Source: Antedon mediterranea
Lineage: Eukaryota; Animalia; Echinodermata
Assembly: GCF_964355755.1 (NCBI RefSeq)
Contig: NC_092675.1
Location: 17,518,912-17,582,911 of the forward strand
DNA: 64,000 nucleotides
Reading direction: 5' to 3'
This document shows, one piece after another, positions 35,901-50,900 of this stretch (position 1 is its first letter; every line of letters begins with the position of its first letter). A model generated the notes under the pieces. It was not told the DNA's origin. It saw only the letters and a list, made by a program, of their open reading frames with translations, and ran no database searches. Made by a program: the position numbers and the translations under genes.

Positions 35901-38900
35901 CCTAGAAAAGCAGCGATACCAGATAGAAACTTCGCCAGGCAACTGAAACTAATCTAGGCTAATTCTGAGTCTTGTAAAATTGTTTTTATTAATTAATCCA
36001 AATTATAAAAACGATTTAAAGCTAATTTAAATACTTTTGGTAAAGTCTCTCCAAAAATTCTGTCGCGATACGATCTGAATTGTTATAGATTTGAAAATAA
36101 TTTTTTTTTCCATCCACAGAAAAGAATTATGGCGCTAAGTTAACATATATAAATTACAAGAGAAATACATTTCCGGTCACTTTAAGATCTAATTAGCAAA
36201 TATCTTTACCTTCTCCAGAATTTATTCGTGTTTTGATTTCCTTAACCTTAGCCTCCGGTCCAGGCCTTCGGTAGATACCTTCTTGGTACAGTCCATGTAA
36301 TTCAATATGATAAATACATTTTTCAATAATTTTAGGTATCATGCTACTTCCACGAGTCAACGAGGAGAGTGCTGTACCAAATATCTGACCCTGTTTTCCG
36401 ATTGGTTGACCATTGCACTTTCCGACCAACTTTGATAAACACTTTTTATGTAGCGAAAGCTTACAATCTGAAAAAATGAAAAACGTATGCATTTGATAAA
36501 ATCCTGTTTTGTTATTAGATTCCCCAACTTGTATTACTATGCTTTTTCCTTACAATGTATGCATTAGTATTTTGAGTACTAATAACAGGTTTGATAAGGA
36601 AAAACAATAGCATGTTATGGTTTTTGTGATATTACCGGTAGCATTTGTAAACATTCAACACGTATATATTGTTACTTTAAAGATGTAATGAAGGTCAAAA
36701 TATTCTAAATTTAAATTGGCCATATCAAAGTAATATTAAAGTTATTCACTTTAAGTCGAAAATTTGAGCCAAAAACAACAATTTTACATAATTAACAGGT
36801 AAATTAATTTGATTACATTTCGTCTGGAAAATCATCGCGAGCGAAAGTAAACAAAGATTTCAAACCACGAGTATACATAATGCATGATGCTAATTAGGAT
36901 TGTTTACAACTCGTCACAATTGAGAAGGTGTTTTATGATTATGCATACAGAGTAGCCAAACAAGCTCGTTGCATTATGAGATATGTTTTGATCAAAAACT
37001 TTGACTGGAAGTCAATGTTATTTTTTGAACAAAAAAAACGTCTATTTCAGTTTTTTTTTTTCCGACTAATTTTGGTAACTATTATGATGAAACATTTTTT
37101 TCGAAATATTTATTTTTTATTTTTTTTGGAATTAGTCAAAGGGACAATACATCCTTAACTTTAGAAATGCAATAATACATTGCCAGTATTCAACATTTTG
37201 ATTAGAAAATGATTACAGCTATTATAAAATACATTTTTTTTAAATAATACAGAAGCTTTTATAATACCCTTTCTAAAAAAATAGTAAACTTTAAACTATT
37301 AAATAAAAAAGTAAATCATATTTTAGACAATATTTAAATATTTTAATATATACAGTATTTAATATATTTTTAAATAAAATATACACAGTATTTGAAATAA
37401 AAAATAACTAAAACACAGGTTTTAACAAAGCAATGTGCTCATCTGTTCTATTATCATGGCCACAATTAGATAGACACCCTAGCAAACAAGCATTTCCTTA
37501 TTAGCTACAGTCAAAGCCAATCAAACAGCTTATATCTAAATTAACAACTTCCATGTACACTGGCCAGGCCTGTCCTCTCATTATCAAGTTAAACAAAAAC
37601 AAAGTAAAACTACGCAAATGTAGGCCATAGCTTAATTAAATCCAGAAATTTCAAACAATTCATTTTGCATATTTTATCTACATTTTGTATAAAATACTAT
37701 TTATACTATTTGTCTGTACAAAAAACGGATATTAGGATGTTAAAGAGTCAATTTATTGAATATATTGTTTTGGAAAATGTTTTCAAGGAAGTGAACTAGA
37801 ATTATTTTAAAATTCATGTTAATTTTTTGTCTATAAAGTAAACACACATCAGCCAGTGATGACTATGCAGTCTTCTGTTTCCTTGGAAAAATACAATAAA
37901 CAAAATACGAATTGTGAAGGAAACAAGGAATAACAATTAAAAACAGATTGTGGTCAAGATAAAATAATACAGTCATCGGAAACCAACATTCTCATTTATG
38001 GAGTTCTAAGAAACATTTGAAATATTGTTAGCTTTCCTGTTTTGTATTGTACTAATGTAACATCAACTTAAATTATACGTTTTATACAGTGATACAAAAA
38101 AAATATTGATAAAAAAAGTGTACAGAAACAAATTTATTTGGATTTCTTGTTTGTCCAGTTTAGTTAGATGGTAGAATGAATCAATGCTGTAACCTATTCA
38201 AATATAGTATACTTTAAGAGGGAAGGGAAACATTCAAACAAATTTTTTGTTTTTTCTTATGTAAGGAGAAATGAACTAAGTATTCTTTTAGTATAACTTT
38301 ATTATTATTATTATTATTATTAAGTCTATATAATTGACATCCATTTTGATTTTCATATTTATTTAGTGAACCCTGCTGTTGGATTTATAATAATAATCAT
38401 TTACTACTAAGTTATTCAATCATTATGGAAATATTAAAATAAAATTAGAAAACGGCATGGCAACTAGAGATTATAAAATTATTAATGCCTAGATAAGAGG
38501 ATATTAATTTATCTTGGTTCAGACTGAGTCTTAGGAAGTGGTGGCTGCCAAACTCAGGATGACAAGAGTAAACATGTACACCACTCAATCAACTCATGAT
38601 TAATTAAATGCCAATAGAAATCAAAATTATACATTTTTTAGTAAAAAATATTGTTAGCTTGCCATTGCTAATTTTACCTTGTTCCGAATTCCTTTCAGGA
38701 CACACAACTATAGTCAGGTACAGGAAACTAAACTCATGACAAAACTTTATGTGACAACAAAATGTCACACTTTTTTTGTCAAACTAGTTGGAAACAGATC
38801 TTTAAGGTGTAATCTTTTATTTTATATCACTATTTTCATAAAGGAACTAGATCCTATGAGATGTTTTTTATTTCATTGTTCCTGACATCAATAGGATTTC

Positions 38901-41900
38901 TTCATAGACTATATCATTCAACAGGGCACATTCACTTATCTGTACCTATTTTCTCTTAAATTGTACTATGTTGTTGCTCAAACTATCTTTCTCATGGGTT
39001 CAACCATTTTTATTATGAAATATTATATTGTTCTTGAAACTATACTAAAGAGCAATGAATGTATTGCTCTGATTCTTAAAACTCATTTTATCAAAAGAAA
39101 CACAATAACTTACCTTGACAAAGATGTCCCTTTTCCATAAGCCATAAGAAATTATTACAAATTTCACAAAGGGTTGGAATATTAAATTGATAATTATGGA
39201 AATGATGTCCCTGAATTTCAATCACATCTTCTTTCTTTTCCTTCTTCTTTTTTGGTACCTTCTGCTGGTAAATCAATAAAAAATATTTTAATAAATTTTG
39301 ATAGTGCACAATCTTTTAATTCAAGTAATAAACCTTATCTTAAAAGCAATGTACACTACTGTAGAACAATTGTATGTAGATACCATTAACCGCTCTTGGT
39401 ATATGTCTGCATTAAAAACAATTACAAAAATTGAAGCAAAACACAGTTGGTTTACATATGAAATTATTACACCTTGATCTTAGCAAAACAGTGGAAATTG
39501 TTAAAGTGTTAAAGACTCGGATATGCATACACAAAATGTGTTTTGTCATTGGACAAGAAGAAGGTGGAAATTAGTAAATGTCAACTGTAGACAAGAAAAA
39601 CATAACTATCAATTGTTCTTTCAATACTATTACTATTAATATTTCCTAGATCGATTAGGAAATGCTAAAAAAAGATAACCTTTGACTCAGCAATGAAAAA
39701 AAAAGTGACTGTAAAATATACTAACTATATTAAGTAAAATGAAATGCTTGACAATAATTTATTGATCTCTCGATTTATTACACGTTTTCATTTGCGAACC
39801 CCGAGAAATCTTGGAAGGAAAGCCTAGTTAATATTTGATTAAGAACTCGGAACAAAAACAAGCTTCTCATCAGTGTGTTATTTTTAAAATAAAATAGTAT
39901 TGACACTATGTAAACCTGGTTACAACTTGTTATAAGTTGTTACATTTTGCAGATGTGAAAAGGGTATTAAACAAGAAATGTATTTCTATGAAAATGGCAT
40001 AAATTAAATGGGGATAGAAGTTCAATAATATTGTAGTTCTTAGATCCATGATGATAGCCTTCTTTAAGTAAGCTTACATTCCATTACTGGCTATATCTAC
40101 TTTAACACAGATAAAATAATTATACATTAATTATTTTTACCAAAACAATCCTACTATTGATGTTGACATGAAACATTTAAATGCTGTATAATGTCAAAAC
40201 ATAATAACATGCTGACGAAAACCTGTAATTTTAATGTATGATTTCCAAGTAGATGCTTTTATCGCTCAAATACAGAATAGTGTTAACAAACACTCAAAAT
40301 ATTACGATTTATCATTAAATAATTCCAAGTACTAGTTTAATGTGAAAACACACATAACTCAAATCCTAAGAGATGAAGGTGAAATATGGAAAGGCAGTAT
40401 CCATCGAGAATATTATTCATATTGCCAAGTAATGTTTAATGTGTATTTTGAGAAAATATGAATTTCTTAACCCATAGTTTTATTTGAGAATCAATTACAT
40501 CTATTCAGTGCAATTAATTACTAAATATTTCAAAGGTAGATGCATTGAAATTGGAGGCAATCCGGACCAGGATTCCAACTCTGGACCACTTTAAGGCTGT
40601 GAGATGATGGCCAAATTGTGATCGGTTATTATTTTGATATTTCTGTTTACCAATTTACCAAGGTTAAAAAATCTAAATCAAATTGACTGCCAGTCATTTA
40701 AAAAACACTAAAATAAGGGTACTGTTCTTTAAAATTGAAACCTATAAAATATATTTGACGTTTAGCTAATGGTAGAGGTATGCTGTTGGCATGCTAACCG
40801 TGGACGTGGACGTTTCATTCGTCGGGGTTTGACTGAAGATTAAAATCACGGATGCATCACTGGATTAGCGTTAGTAAAGCTGACCTGTGCTTCTAGCTTT
40901 ATAAATGCATAACAGCTGTTTAACGCTTATCTGTGGCCTAAGTTCAGAGATATGTATGCCGCGTACATAACGCTACCCTAACGCTATTGTGAGTGTAAAC
41001 ATACCCTGTGCAATGACATAAACTGACCTTCTTTTTGGCTGGTTTGTAATGATGCATGAACTCATCCAAGAAACCACGGAATGCATTGATACCCAACGTG
41101 ATGGGAAATTGAGCGTTTGTCTGCTCTTGTTTTGCAGTGTTTTGCAACACCTGCTCAAACTCCGACATCAAATCCTTGTATTGTAGCGATAATTCGTTAT
41201 TATCCTGTATTAAAAATAAGGGAATAAATACTTGACTCTACGAAAAAAATAGATTAGGATAGCCAGATCTTAAGAAATAAGAGATTAAATAAGTTAAAAG
41301 CTAAGTTAAATAGTAAAATATCAACATATAAAAATGCAAATTAGATTTCATATAGCATCACTATCAGGAATAAAGCAATGTTAACTGATGGACTAATCCT
41401 TAAATATAATCCTAAAACAGGATCTAAAAATGCAGGAAATTCATGTCATACAGATACCATTAGAATAGAGGTTAAAATAACATGTTTGTTTCCAATTTTA
41501 TACTACAGTAATCATTGGTGCATAATGCTTGTCTAGTCTCACTCTAGCAACAAAATGACGAAAACTTCCAGGATTTAATTGAGAACAATTAGGAATACTA
41601 ACAAAGTTATCCACGCTATAAAATTAGATAGGAGAATTAGTCATTAACACCATGAAAATCACAAATTGCAATGTTTCCAGAAGAGAGTAAATGTATTTTG
41701 GTTGAAACATTTGTAGAACTCCCATAAGTTGTAATTGTAAAAATGTAAGTAAAAATTGTTCTTTTATACTTGAAAATGGTTTCCATCATATATTTTGATA
41801 ATAAAAACCATATTAAATTGTTGGCATACTAATTAATATTACCTGCATTGCCATAGACTGATGAGTTAATAGATTATTTCTATATCTATCCATTGCACTT

Positions 41901-44900
41901 TTGAACACTTTATCAACTTTGGTGTGTTGGCTTTTTCCTTTATTTATTTCTGCAATCTAAAAAAAAAGATTGATCTAAGTTTCTCATGATGAAATTGAAT
42001 ATTTCAAATCAAAAAATGTATCTGATACTTAATTTGGAAAGCAACATTAAATGTTATAAGATGTACATACACATTGGAGGAGCTAAATTGGCTAAGATAG
42101 GTTCATTGATAATTTTATGTAGGCTTACTGTTGACTTGACAATATGACAAAACTAAAATTGACTGATTTATTTAATTGTTGTTTTACAAGCATCTTTTAA
42201 CAGGCGGCCTGCGGCCAAATACGGCTCGCGAGTGCTTTTCATATGTCCCGCGAAGAAAAAAATAAATAAAAGTAATGTTAAAAAGAGACTCCTTAAAGCC
42301 CGTGAGATTCCAGCCTTTGTCGCATGGTTCCTGTAAGCAGGGCTCTCAATAGTAACCTGCTCATTCAACCATGTAGTTTCAATTCTGAGTGGACCTAGCA
42401 TCTCAAATGTTTGTAATGTTCTACATTCTATATCTGGCCTGCGACATTATTAGTAGACCTTCTTTAACAAGAACAATGGCGATCTCCGGTTGAAATTTTT
42501 CTCTGTTGTTTTGAGTGACGATGAAATTATTAATTACATGATGATGCAGACTCAAAAAACACAAAAATGTTTTTACAAATACTTTATGTATTTAAACAAA
42601 TTCAGAGTTTCGTGTATCATTTCATTCATTAAACTTATTCATGCCAAATGCCAAAAAAAGATATCAATTTTCAATGAATTGTAGGATTAAATATAATAGA
42701 TTTTAAATCATACCTTTGATTTTAGAAATTCATCCATCTGGTTTAATTCTGATGCATCTGAAATAACCTGATTAGTTGGGTATCGCCACTGAGTCTTCCG
42801 ATGAATGCTCATATTACTAGGGGTCGTTTTTGTCTTCCCTTCTGGAGAACTAGTTGGGGGCGTCATCGTCATCGCACGTGTCCTCAAAGCAAGGTGTTCA
42901 ACTGGAACTTGTCCTGATATGGTTTGGCGCTTCTTTTTTGATCGTACTTTCCAGTTAAACTTAGGCTTATTAGATGGGCTACGTGTTACTGATGATTTTT
43001 CATTACGAGTTTTATCTTCAGCTGATGTAGGCGATAATGAGTTCTTGGGATCTTGCTGTTGTTTTTTAGATGTTTTCCTTCTAAAAGAACCTGGTAATAA
43101 TGATGATGGTTTGCTTGTACTTTCCTATATCAAAATATAAACATTCATTAAACATTTCAAACATTTATTTGTATACACATCATAACAAACTAAGTACTGT
43201 ATATTAATTAAATCATTGTATATTTCACTTTATGGTATAAAAAAAACACAAACAAAAATTACAATTTACAATTCTAAGTTTAGTTAGTTCTTGCACATTT
43301 TTTAAAAATGTTTCCAATTATGTGTTTTTTTACTCAGAAAGTGGTAAAAAACATTATTATTTAAAAAACTTTATTTTAATAGTACAGTAACTATACTATT
43401 AAATAAGTGTACACCAAATACTATTTTTACTAGGTTTCTGCCTGTAAGCATTTTAAACGGTAGGAAATCATCTTCATTATTAAGGGAGTAAATATCTAGC
43501 TATGATTCATTCAAGTTAGTTCATAAACTAATATAAAATTGAGAATTTTAATCAAAAGGTTTTTATTCAAAATGTTTTTATTTAAAAGTTTGCATTGGAG
43601 AGTCCAAACAATTAAAATTAATTAAATATTTCCTGACTGGAAATAAATTGGTTTCCAATTAATTTGCAATGACTGGAGCACTAGAAATTCACATTTTTTT
43701 TCACATAGTTTTCTATTTATTTTATAAAAAGTGAAAGTATTTAAATAATATATTACTATATATATTTTTCTGCCAAGGTTCTGCTGTGGTTATATACTAA
43801 TTCGCATGGGATGAGTAAGTAAACAAAAGCGCACTCCTCCGTGATAAAAGTACACATTTTTTTTTTTTAAATGAATTGTATCAAGAATAAAATTTGGAAC
43901 TATTTACAGTCATTGATTTTGTTATAAAAAAAGTATTCCTTCACATTGAAATACCTGAAAGCAATACTAGATTATGGAACTTTGTTTAAATGTTGACACT
44001 GTTGATCACAAACAAACTCCTTATAGCTAAACTTATTGATTGTAGAATTAAGTCATCTGCTCTGAACTGGTTCATCTCGTATCTTAGTGAGATATCTCAA
44101 GTTGTTCAAATCAACACAATCTACTCATATGGAAGTGAACATCAGTGTGCCCCAATGTTCTATATTTGGACCTTTATTGTTTATTATTGTTAACTCTCTA
44201 CCTACTGTAATGTCACTCAATCGAAGTTTGTTTGCAGACAACACTACAATCTTATGTAACTCATCTAATCCCACTCTACTTCAAAATGAATTAAATTCAA
44301 AATTGCTAAATGGTTTGAGGAAAATAGACTTACATTGAATATCAAGAAGACTAAATTTATGATCTTTGGAACAAACCACACTTTATCCAAATTTTCAAAT
44401 ACTGTATTTCCCTAATCTACAATGGAACTCGTATTGACAGATGGTCACAACATATTTACAATTTGACATGTAAAATCTGTGTGTGTGTAATAATGTAAAT
44501 TACTTTGTTAGTTGCCTTTTAATTATTTTTATTATATTAATGTTTCTCTACTGAACCACTTTGAAAATCAAATTAATTTGTTTACTAACCTTAGGCTTAG
44601 TTGGCGTAATATTTTCTTTATTCATCTCCTGCCGATCCTTCTTAATGGGTTCAAATAACGCTTTTCTGTCCAGATCTCTTGAATCCGATTTACTTCTTTC
44701 CACTTTAACATCAGCCATCAATCGTTCCTCACCGATATCCGATTTCCGTCGTTCGTTTTTAAACCTTGATATCCTACCGCCAGATCGTAATTCTGTTTTT
44801 TTACGTTGAGGTTCAACAACTGGTTTTGTCTGTTCTTCCTTTATTGCTGATTTCCTTCGCTCTTCTTTTATTTCATATTTTCTCCTTTCTTCCCTTAATT

Positions 44901-47900
44901 CCTGTTTCCTGCTTTCTTCTAAATACTCAGATCTTCTCCAATCATCTTTGCTAGATGGTTTACGCCTTTCTCCATCTCTCAGCTCACTTCGCAACTCTAT
45001 AACTTTATCATTGATATCGATGTCTTTTTCTGCAATTATTTCTTGCTCAAACTTTTTCTCACAAGCACGCATCTCCACAAGTCTTTTAGCTTCTTTCACA
45101 CGATTTTCTTCCTCACTAGCAACTCCCTCTGCTTTACTTTGAACTAGACCAGCTAGCTCTTCTTTGATTCTGTTAACATTTCCAGACGCCAATTGATATT
45201 TTGAATCAGAGACGGTTTCAGATTGTTTACGTTGTATCCCTTCGACATAAGCTGCAGTAATGTCCTTGACTCTGTTTGAAAGAATTAATATAATATGTCT
45301 CAGATGAACATCAAAGTAAACACCATGAACAAAAAAATCATATAAATTCCCCAGCATAAATAACATCACCAAAACTGAAGATAAACCCACAACATTTGTT
45401 AGGCTCTGTTGCAAGATGGAAAGCGAATACTCCAAAACAATCCCCATTTTGTATTTTTGGGTGTCAATTTGTGGAAATCCCAAAGCCTACTACTACATCA
45501 TTATATTGCAGTTATGAATGGTTTCTGTTCACTGCTACAACTTTCAATAGCTTGCTTAACTATTTGTTACAGTTGAGTGAACATCCTGGACTACCACACA
45601 ATGATATCATAATAAAAATTAGCCAATAGGAAGTAAGAATATAGTCTGTTTGAGGTTACTCATGGTATAAGGTGAGACACCCACATTGATGACATCATGG
45701 AGGAAACATCACATTTATTATTATTGATAATACGAATCTATTTTCTGTAAGGCCTATTTAAAAAAAATGAGAATCACAAATGTTCTCTTTTCTGTTTCTG
45801 TTCTTTCCTGTTTTAGTATAGTTAGCGTACATGAACTTTATAAATCTGATCTACATACAGTATGCTTGATCTACACTAAACATCCTCATTCCTGTTATTA
45901 TATTTATTTTCAATTCTATCTCCAATTCAGAATACTTATATATGATACTTATGTATGATATCACTTTATGTGTTTAGCAGTATTTTACTGCAAAGAGTAA
46001 AATATATCAAATACCAATACTGAAAATTAATATTTAATCTGATTTTTCTAATGCTTAGAAATGATAATTTCCATTAAAAAAAAAGTTGATAATACAAAAC
46101 TTAGTGCAATAGATGTTCGATTACATTTAGGCCAGGATGTTTAAAGATTAAATCAATTATTGATGAGTATGTCGACATAGCATAAAACATAGTTTCTTCT
46201 AAATTGAATATACTGAGCCATCGAAACTTAAGCCACTACCGCATAGATTGGAAACTTGTTGTTATAAAAAATAATGAAAGATGCCAACAAAAATAACTAG
46301 ATTCTTTCGGTTTTGTTATATATCTATTTTGTATATACCTTGGTGCATGTTTCAGCATAAAACATCAGAAGACAACAGACATACCTTGGTGCATGTTTCA
46401 GCATAAAACATCAGAAGACAACAGACATACCTTGGTGCATGTTTCAGCATAAAACATCAGAAGACAACAGACATACCTTGGTGCATGTTGCAGGGTAAAA
46501 CATCAGGTAAAACAAACTGACATACCTTGATGCATGTTGCAGGGTAAAACATCAGAAGACAACAGACATACCTTGGTGCATGTTGCAGGGTAAAACATCA
46601 GAAGACAACAGACATACCTTGGTGCATGTTTCAGCGTAAAACATCAGAAGACAACAGACATACCTTGGTGCATGTTGCAGGGTAAAACATCAGAAGACAA
46701 CAGACATACCTTGGTGCATGTTTCAGGGTAAAACATCAGAAGACAACAGACATACCTTGGTGCATGTTTCAGGGTAAAACATCAGAAGACAACAGACATA
46801 CCTTGGTGCATGTTTCAGGGTAAAACATCAGAAGACAACAGACATACCTTGGTGCATGTTGCAGGGTAAAACATCAGAAGACAACAGACATACCTTGGTG
46901 CATGTTTCAGGGTAAAACATCAGAAGACAACAGACATACCTTGGTGCATGTTTCAGGGTAAAACAAGCAGACATACCTTGGTGCATGTTTCAGGGTAAAA
47001 ACATCAGAGGACAACAGACATACCTTGGTGCATGTTTCAGCATAAAACATCAGAGGACAAGAGAAATACCTTGGTGCATGTTTCAGGGTAAAACAAGCAG
47101 ACATACCTTGGTGCATGTTTCAGCGTAAAACATCAGAGGACAGACATATACCTTGGTGCATGTTTCAGCGTAAAACATCAGGTAAAACAAACAGACATAC
47201 CTTGGTGCATGTTTCAGTGAATCTGTTACTGGTCTGCTGTCGTCAATATCTTCTAGCGAGATCATTGTTGGAGATGAGGTCAATGTACTTTCAGACTGCG
47301 AAGGTGACGGTACATTCTTCTTTGTGGGTAGTATGTGATGTCGGTATGAGGAATCATCTAAGAGGTTTTCATCAGAGCCAGAGGAAGCATCAAGAATGCC
47401 ACTGCTTCTGTATATACAATCAATTTAAAATCTTGTATTACATGTAAAATAGTATTGTAGTGAAAACCATACATTTTATATTGTATGAAAGGTTTTTCTT
47501 TTTGGCTAATAAAGATACAAAGATATATGACTTAGAAGCAAACTAAAAAATATGAAAAAACACACCCTTCAGATTCAGTGGTTCTTGTTCTACAGCGTAC
47601 ATCATAATCTTCTTCTCCATCGACATGAACACCCTCATCACTTCTAATAGATAACTCATCTTCACTTTCAGCTTTGGACACATTTGCATCCTGTAAACAT
47701 TGTAATTCTTCTAATTGTCGTTCTTTTTCCATCTCTAACATCTTTTGTCTTTCTTCTTCTTTTCTTTCAGCTTCATCAAGCAGACGTTCCCTGTCATCTA
47801 ATAATGCTTCCAATCTTCAATAATAACATACAATGATAAATATTAAAATACAATATACTGTATATGGTAGAACAAACCTAATTTAAATATTAATGTTGAA

Positions 47901-50900
47901 AGAGTTTTATTATTTAAAAAACAAACCAATAATCTTACTTTCGTCTGGACTTATTTCCTCGAATGTAACATTGCATCCATAGAACTCCTCGTTTTAATTT
48001 ATCAAAGAGAGTTTTATGTTTGTAGGCCCTCCATGAGCCTTGCAGGAAGGCAACAGCACTTTCACGTAGTGCTTGTTCCTTTATCTCCTGGTAGATTTGA
48101 CGCTGCTGGTAACCGCGAAACAAGGCCTAGAATATTCAAAATAAAACATTAGTATTACATGCAATTTTTACTATGAACATCGTACAACTTTCTGTATTAG
48201 TCTTAAAGTCATTATATTGTCATATATAAAATAAGTCATATATAAAACTTACATATAAACATCACAGGCACATAATAAATTTTAAACTTTTAAATGTGAT
48301 ATACTGAAACTTAATAAACTAATTTGTATATTTCCCTAAATTCCTCTTTAGAGAAAAGAAAGCAACTCAGCCTATATATCAAAACAGTACTGTCTGTAGA
48401 TTGGATATAATATAATATAAATCCCGCTTCGTGAATTGAGATACTGAGAGTGTATCAATTTGATTTCTGGTGAGCATATGTATAATTGAGGTACAGTTCC
48501 ACCGTACCACGTCAAAGTGTTAAAGAGTTGCTATACAATCGAATTTTAAGAAATCAAATAAATTAATTAAATTTCAGTATATATATCTCTGGGTATATAT
48601 AAATCCTAAGGCAAATTACTGAAAAAATGACAATTCTGTGGGTATCAGTAGCTGGATCTCAAAAATAGAAAAAAAAAAGCAAAAAGCGAAATCAAAACGA
48701 TAAAGTAAAACAGCCAGAAAAGTTAGCAGAGCTTTCGGGCAACATTAGCCCTTCATCGAGTGCAAGTGAAGGAATTTGGATAACGTCATAGTATCTGGGT
48801 ATATATATATAGTCATTGCACTGATGAAGGACTAGTGTTGCCCGAAAGCTCTGCTAATTTTTCTGGCTGTTTTGAATTTAGCTTTTTGCTTATTTTATAT
48901 CTCCATTGAGATCCAGCCACTGATACCCACAGCATCTATATATTAATGCTACTAAATTATTCGCGTATATTACGTATCTCCTCCAATACCACTGAACGGT
49001 ACGTGCTCACATTTGGCACACTGATATTTATTGATGGGCCGCACACAATAGGCTATCTTACTTTCTTGAATTTTAAGGATAAACACTAAAAAAGGCAAAC
49101 AATAGTAGTAATTTGACATCTCAGCGACCATGTTACGTGACTGCAGTAACTACGCCTTAGCCAGATCTACAAATACTATGCCGGGCCGCTATCAAAACAG
49201 TCTTTAGTCAACAGTATCGAATGATCGCGTTGTTGAAGTTTTACACCTATTCTTTGAACAGAATGACGGTAAATCATGGTTTGGCTCAGTGAGTAAAATG
49301 CCATGACCATTGATATCAATGCTTAGTACGTTTGTGTTCAATCCGCGACATGTGTAATTATTAAGTATCACCGGTTAAAGCTCAAAATCAAAACTAGACC
49401 ACAATGTAATTACTTTTAATTATCAGAGTACGCTTTTGTTATACTTGCCTATGCAAAGTATAACCACATAGGGCAGAAAAAGACCATGCGAAGCACGGGT
49501 TTAAACTGATAGTTTTTATTATTTTCAGTAATTTGCTTTTGAACTTATATAGTCATATAAATTCCTGTCATTTGAAATATGGAAGTGAAATTAAGTCATC
49601 GTATTAATATATATAGGCGCATCACATCTTTTTGGCACATAAAATTTGATAGAGCTTAAAGCAATGAAGGGAAAAAAACATCATTTAAAAATGATAATCT
49701 TTACAAAAATGGGATAATAAAGAATGGACATACACATGAATCCACTTGATAGGTACATTACATACAATATGCAATGTTTGTGAATTAGAAAAAAAACCTT
49801 TATTAAGCCTATTTTCGAGATGACGTTGTGTTGAATTGTGTTCAACAATTTTACAGGAAGAGGGGTAAATAAAAACGCTAAATTTGACATTATCGATCCT
49901 AAGAAATTATTTAAACTTCCACCACAGCAAAAAACACAAGGTCAGGATTTTAAACTATACAAAAGTAGACCTAAACATAATATTTGAAAGAGAGCATATA
50001 CTGTGAGAGTACCCATATCAAAAAGATATAGCTCTATATCTAGTATTAGCCTTATAAGCTATCGCCTTAATAGATATAACCCTATTACCTATTAAGTACC
50101 TACAACTTTAACAATTTGAATTATTATTATTATTATTTTACTATTCCAAACCAAATCTATTCAAATATTTTATTTAAATAAATACACATAATTCTATGCT
50201 AATAGCTAAGAATTCTTACTTGAAATGTTACAATTCCTTGTTTTACTCGAAGATATCTACGACGTTGAAGAACACCACGTATCCACCACTGAATAACTAT
50301 TATTCGTTTTAACACCAGAGCATGCAAAGCGTCTTGCAACTTGGCTCGCTCTGTCTCTCGTAAAAATATCTGTAATGAAACCGATGTAATGATGTTTAGT
50401 TGTATTTCCACATACAATTTATAGAAATATTGAATCCGAGATCAGTTTATTTAGCAGCACAGCATCCTATTACAGGACCCACGTGGAAATAAGAACACTT
50501 TCTTGTGATCAAGGTCTGTTCCTTTACCCATTTGTTGGTGGTTTTTTTTTTAATTACCCGCACCTTGGCAGATAACTCTTTGTGATTTTCATCAAGAGCC
50601 AACTTCCTGTGGATTAACAATGGCATGTTTCACACAAAGTTACGCGCAGGCGCAGTAAAAATTGTAAAACGCGCAAAATTAATTTCTAATCAAGTTTCTA
50701 TACGTTTCAGAACATTTTAAGCACGTCAAATTTTTCATTTTTTTGGCGTTGCGCACAGCTTGTACATAGCATAGAAAGGTCGTTATTGCAATTTATTTTT
50801 GTTGTTCATACCTTCTGTGATAGATTTCACATTTTTATGAATTTTAATTGCAAAATAATGACGCACATGCACATTGAACTTGAAAAAATATGCCTACTTT

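Noticed and set aside
45272-45483. N-terminal hydrophobic part of ORF 44548-45483 as a membrane protein
   Set aside because: It is intronic read-through upstream of the acceptor at 45272; only 44590-45271 is exon.
46335-47217. CRISPR array or repeat-protein ORFs (46907-47116, 47115-47447)
   Set aside because: No spacers; the ORFs are by-products of a 46-bp unit.
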